Shown: positions 57,926 to 64,000 of the stretch, in pieces | How the letters are laid out: each line of letters begins with the position of its first letter | Position numbering within the stretch: the stretch's first letter is position 1 | Assembly (NCBI RefSeq): GCF_009914755.1 | Contig: NC_060947.1 | DNA: 64,000 nt | Origin: the human T2T-CHM13v2.0 reference genome, Homo sapiens | Direction: 5' to 3' (one strand) | Notes under the pieces: generated by a model | Database searches by the model: none | Told to the model about the DNA's origin: nothing | The model's input: only the letters and a program-made list of their open reading frames with translations | Made by a program: the position numbers and the translations under genes

Positions 57926-60900
57926 GTTAGCATCCACTAGAAAAACACACATACACAGACAAAGGACACTATAAAGTGACCGCACAAACAAGACTGCATA
58001 ATAACCGGCTAACATCCTGATGACAGAATCAAATCCACACATACCAATATTAACCTTAAGTGCAAATGGGTTAAATGCAGCAATTAAATTAAATCCAATT
58101 AAAATCTCAGAGTGACAAGCTGGATAAAGAAGAAAGACCCAGTAGAACGTGGTCTTCAACAGACTCATCTCTCATAGGCTCGAAATAAAGGGATGGAAAA
58201 AAATCTACCAAGCAAATGGAAAACACAAAAAAGCAGAGGTTGCAGTCCTAATTTTAGAAAAAAAAATAGATTTAAACTGACAAAGATCATAAAAGAGAAA
58301 GAAGGACATGAAATGAAGAGAAAGAAGGACATGAATTGAAAGGTTCGATTCAACAAGAAGTCCTGACTACCCTAAATATATATGCAACTAGCACAGGAAC
58401 ACCCAGATTCACAAAGCAAGTTCTTAGAGACCTACAAAGAGATTTAGTCTACCACACAATAATAGTTGGAGATTTCAACACCCCACTGACAGCATTAGAT
58501 AGATCACTGAGGCAGAAAATTAACCAAGGTATTCAGGACCTAAACTCAACCCTGGGACAAGTGGACATGATAGACATCTACATAACTCTCCATTCTGATC
58601 CAATATACTATATGTTCTTTTTATCTACACATGGCACATGGTCTAAAATCAACCACACAATCTGACATAAAACAATCCTGATCAAATGCAAATGAACCAC
58701 AATCATATTAACCACTATTTTATGCCACAGCACAATTAAAATAGAAATCAAGACTGAGAAAGTACCTTAAAACCATACACTTAAATATAAATTAACAAAC
58801 CTGCTACCAAATAACTTTGGGGTAAATAATGAAAATAAAGCAGACATTAATACGTTTTTTCAAAACTAATGAGAACAAAATACAACATACCAGAATCTCT
58901 GGGACACAGCTAAGGCAGTGTTAAGAGGGAAATTTGTAGTATTAAATGCCCACATGAAAAAATTAGAAAGATATCCATTTATCAACCTAACATCACACCT
59001 AAAAGAAGTAGACAAGAAAGAGCAAGTCAAACTCAAAGCTAGCAATAGACAAGAAATAACCAAAATCAGCTGACCTGAAAGAGATCGAGACATGAAAAGC
59101 TATTTATGGTGTCAACACATCGAGGAGGCTTTTTTTTTGGAAAATTAATAAGATAGACTTATTGGTAGACAAATACAGAGAAAAAAAGAGAAGATCCAAA
59201 TAAACACAATTAAAAATGAGAAAGGGGATGTTACCATTGGCCCCACAGAAATATCAAAGAGAAAAAAAAATAGAGACAACCGTGAACACCTCTATGCACT
59301 CAAGCTCAAAAAGCTAGAAGATACCTGAATGAATTCCTGGACACATACACCCTCCCAAGACTGAACCAAAAAGAAATTGAATTCTTGCACGAACCAATAA
59401 TGAGTTGTGAAATTGAATCAGTAATAAATAGCCCAACAACCAAAAAAAGCCCAGGACCAGACTGATTCACAGCCAAAGTCTACTAGATGTACTAAAAGGA
59501 GCTGGCACCATTTCCATACAAACTATTCTGAAAAATTGAAGAGGGACTCCTCCCCAACCCATTCTATGAGGCCAGCATCATCCTAATACCAAAACCTGGA
59601 CACAACAACAAAAAAAACTTCAGGCCAGTATCCTTGATGAGCACTGACGCAAAAACCCTCAACCAAATGCTAGCAAACCGAATCCAGCAGCACATAGAAA
59701 AGCTCATCCACCATGATAAAGTTGGATTTATCACTGGGATGCAAGATTGGTTTAAGATACAAAAATCAACAACTGTGATTCATAAGCAGAACTAATGACA
59801 AGAACCACATGATTATCTCAATAGACGCAGAAAAGGCTTTCGGTAAAATTCGACACCCCTTTATGTTAAAAACTCCCAATAAACTAGGTATTGAAGAAAC
59901 ATACCTCAAAGTAATAAGAGCAATCTATGACAAACCCACAGCCAACATCACATTGAATAGTCAAAAGCTGGATGCATTTTCCTTGAAAACTGACACAAAG
60001 CAAGGATCCCCTCTCTCACCACTCCAATTCAACATAATATTGGAAATTCTGGCCAGAGCATTAAGACTCAAGTACTTACTTCAATATCCTAGAGAAATGA
60101 GTCATTAATCCAATCAAAATGTGGGAAATCTCGATACTTATTTATTCATACTTCTGAGAAGACAATATCATGCCTTATGGCTCAGAGTTATGTGGTTTCT
60201 GAGGTTCTCCACACAGAAGGTAAACTTAGCAAGAGCTAATAAAAGCAAAACAATTACAAAGTCGATTGGATCAGAGTGAACGTCATTCGGCTTCTGTAAA
60301 AGGCTGGCAGGTGCTGCGTGTGGATACGAGAGGCAGCAAGATTTCAGATAACATGAGTCTGCTGGAGAATAAAAATGGTGTCCTGAGTTAAGGTAAAGTT
60401 CGTAGAGCAGTCAGAGGCACACAAAAATGTCAAAACTGGGACTACTTAGGCTCCGTTAAATCAACGCACTTCATCACATTGATTTTCATTGTTTATTCTC
60501 ATTCCCTTGTTTACTTATTCATTACATGCTGCTCCACTCAGAGCATTTTTGACTTGCTTGAACATTTCTTTATTAGCTTGTTGGTGCTGGTTTTGCTTGT
60601 CAGCTACACTATTCATTTCTGGAATAACACTTTATACTAAGGCAGTTGGTGCTTCTTGACTGAACAGGCCAGTTGTAATTTCTCTGCACTCTATAGTGAT
60701 GTCAGTTTTCTTCAACCCAAGAAGGACTATTTGCACAAGTAAGATGCTTTCACTCCTAGTTGTTTTTTTACTGCCAGTCAGGTACTCACCAAATTTCGTA
60801 TCTTCTTTACTCTTCTATCATGACATCATTATCCCGTGGGATCCCAGTTATGCACATGTTATCTAAGTGAATTATTTTGTCCACAGGCTCTGCTATCTGA

Positions 60901-61244
60901 TTTTTACATTCCCATCTAGCACTTGCTGAAATTTAATTTTCTTCAAATTTGGTGACTTTGGATAATACTATTACCACTGTGGTTTTTAAACTCTTTGAAA
61001 GTCTTTGGGGCCTATAAAAGGCACAGGGCTTTACAAAAGTAATTCTCACATATTGGTGTGTACAATTTAAAGACCATGTGAAATGTAGATGACTGGCTCC
61101 ACTTTGAAAAAATTATGATTTACTATATATGGGGTGAGGGGGGCCACAATTATGCATTTTAAAGAAGCTACAGCTTTCTCTCCTGTGTGATTAATAGTGA
61201 TTTGTTGATAATCCATCATGATGCAATACATAGTTTAAAATGGA

Positions 61245-62410
61245 AGCCTTCTATTTTAGAATAATTTTAGATTTATGAAACAGTTGCAAACACTGTACAA
61301 AGCATTTTCATGGACATTTCACTCAGCTTCCCCTAAAATTAATATCTTACATTGTACATGCATTTAAACTAAAAAATTAACATTAACATATTACTATTAA
61401 CTAAACTTCAGACTATATTCGGATTTATAGATTTTTATACCCATGTCCTTTTTTAGTGCCAGGATCCAACCCAGCCTACCACATGGAATTTAGTTTTCAT
61501 GTCTCTTTAATCTAAAGTCTGTAACTGGTTCTCAGCCTTTACTTGTTTCCCATGACCTTTATGGTTTTGAGGAGTACTTGAGAATTTTGTAAAATGTCCC
61601 TGGACTTGGGTTTGTTAGATGTTTTCTCCTCATTAGGCTAGGATTCTGGAATTTAGGGAAGAACACTACAGAGGTGAAGTGTTTTTCTCATCACATCCTA
61701 TCAGAGGAGCACATGATACCAACGTGACTTCTCACTGCTGATATTGGATCATTTGGTTAACGAGAGGACTGCCAGGCTTCTCTCCTAAAATGTTACTATT
61801 TTTCCCTTTCCATATTCTGTTTTTTAGAATCCAGCCCACACTCTGGGGAGGGCATTTAAATTTCACCTGCTGGAGGGAGGAGTATCTATGTACATTTTTT
61901 GAAATTCTTTGTAAGAAAGACTTTTACCTTTCTCCTCATTTATTTATTTGTACAATTATTTATATCAGTATGGACTCATGAATATTTTATTTTATACTGT
62001 GTTATAATTTTTAAATTTTAATTCATTTTGTTGCTTAAATTGTTTTAACTTTGGCCATCGAGTGCTCTTTCAGTGTGGCTCCTGATCTGCTTTTATTCTT
62101 TTGTTTTCTGAGCACTTCTGTATTTTCTGGCATTACATAATACTCCAGGCTCATCTTGTGTTTTCACTGCCCCAGGCCTAGAATTACTCATTTCTCCAAG
62201 GATGTCTGTTTTTTGTTTTGCATTTGTTATTTTGGAGAATGGTATTTAGAAACCAAGATCTGGGCACTGGAGGTACCTGTTGCTAATTGGGTGTCATTTT
62301 TTTCTAGTTTCTCAGCAGACAGAGCTATAAAATATATGCATGTATACTAACCAATATGTATACACATCTATAATTATTTCTTTAGCTATTAATCTCTGTA
62401 CATGTTAAAC
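61245..62410 (-). mobile_element. L1MC4/5-like 3' end
   Basis: ttttagaataattttagatttatgaaacagttgcaaa...tattaactaaact...ggtatttagaaaccaagatctggg; colinear with 9901-11350. Confidence 0.8.
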
Positions 62411-62994
62411 CACTATATATTATAAACTTTTTTGTGTTCTTTGTTTTCTTATTGTTAAGTTTTAAGATTTATTTATGTATTCTGGATATGTGTCTTTTGT
62501 ATAATATTCTACTTTGAAAAGTGAAAAAAATAAAGTGGCTGTAAGGTACAAAAACTGTTTAAATGAACAGTCACCTGAAAATTTTTGAAGATATCCAGTT
62601 GATCTTTAAGAGCTTCAATGTGTGTTTTTCTGTGGGATTATTTAGAATATAGAAGTTTTATTCAAACCTTCACCCATTTTAGATAAGTGAGTACTCATAT
62701 GAGCTTGCTAGTTAGAGTACTGTTATAGAGAATTGGTGAAGCATTGGCTCTTGAATTTAACACACAGTCCATGGAATTTTTCTAAGTAAGAAAGTTAAAA
62801 ATAAATCCATATCAAATTTGGTCTTACCAACTTCACATTATGAAATCTACTAAATATCTTGAGACTTTAACATAGATTCTTATAATCGATAAATGAAAAT
62901 ATTTGTGATATATAAATGTATGATGTTTGTTTTTCCTTTATTTAGACACTGAATGTAGAATATTTTTATTTCCAAATTGTAGTAATACTATATA

Positions 62995-63165
62995 AAATAA
63001 CAATATTTTACTGGATGCTTATTCTGTTCCAGACCCTATACAAAATCATGTTATATAGATTATCTTGATTTACACATAAACCATTTATTTGCTTTAATGA
63101 GAAACCTAAAAGAATATATATTGCGTCTATTTTGCAGAGGAGGAACCAAAGAGAAGAGAGGCGTT
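62995..63165 (-). mobile_element. MIR fragment
   Basis: aataacaatattttactggatgcttattctgttccagac...ctattttgcagaggaggaacc. Confidence 0.55.
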
Positions 63166-63469
63166 GATCATGCTTCATTTACAAGGAGGAACTAGGGTAT
63201 ACCTGCTAGTAATGGTAGAAAACATTGTTCAGCTGCACCTCACAAGGGAAGTCAGAAACCTTCTTTTCAAAAATGAGTAAGAATGTACAGGAAAAATTAT
63301 TATGTGATGAGAAAGTGATATGCATAAGGAACAATGCAGGCTGAATTTGTCTATAATTAAAATTTTTTATAAAAATGCTTTTTCATAGGTATTGTTTTAA
63401 GCACCATAAGAGAGATAAAAATTTAACTGATATTATTCAAAGGAAAATCAAAAATTACGACTGGACTGG

Positions 63470-64000
<531 letters not shown>

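Noticed and set aside
58336-60108. Endonuclease and reverse-transcriptase-like ORFs
   Set aside because: Short remnants of a dead L1 ORF2, not a retron-like or novel RT system
62688-62703. Overlapping 10-bp palindromes tgagtactca / ctcatatgag
   Set aside because: Short enough to occur by chance in 64 kb

Overview
AT-rich primate genomic DNA, intergenic or deep intronic, with no protein-coding gene, tRNA/rRNA gene or CpG island that I can support. Alu subfamilies plus a young L1PA2-like 3' end point to human or a great ape. Much of the window is interspersed repeats: 13 Alus, several L1s (L1MC, L1MA, L1PB, L1P4-type, L1ME), MaLR and ERV LTRs (MLT1, MST, THE1, MER31, MER74, two related ERV1 solo LTRs), MIR, L2, MER5, MER63 and a Tigger1 fragment. 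Every ORF in the supplied track is explained by decayed L1, Tigger, Alu or MST sequence, microsatellites or chance. The most notable observations are structural: a nested Tigger1>L1>(LTR, Alu, THE1) stack cut by a deletion, a fold-back inversion at an L1 end, a TSD-less young L1, a duplicated L1 3'UTR, and microsatellites born in Alu tails or TSDs. There are also a few motif-dense unique segments that may be enhancers and some exon-like segments. I found no convincing new biological system. Repeat subfamily names come from recalled consensus motifs and need RepeatMasker/Dfam confirmation, and boundaries of old repeats are approximate.
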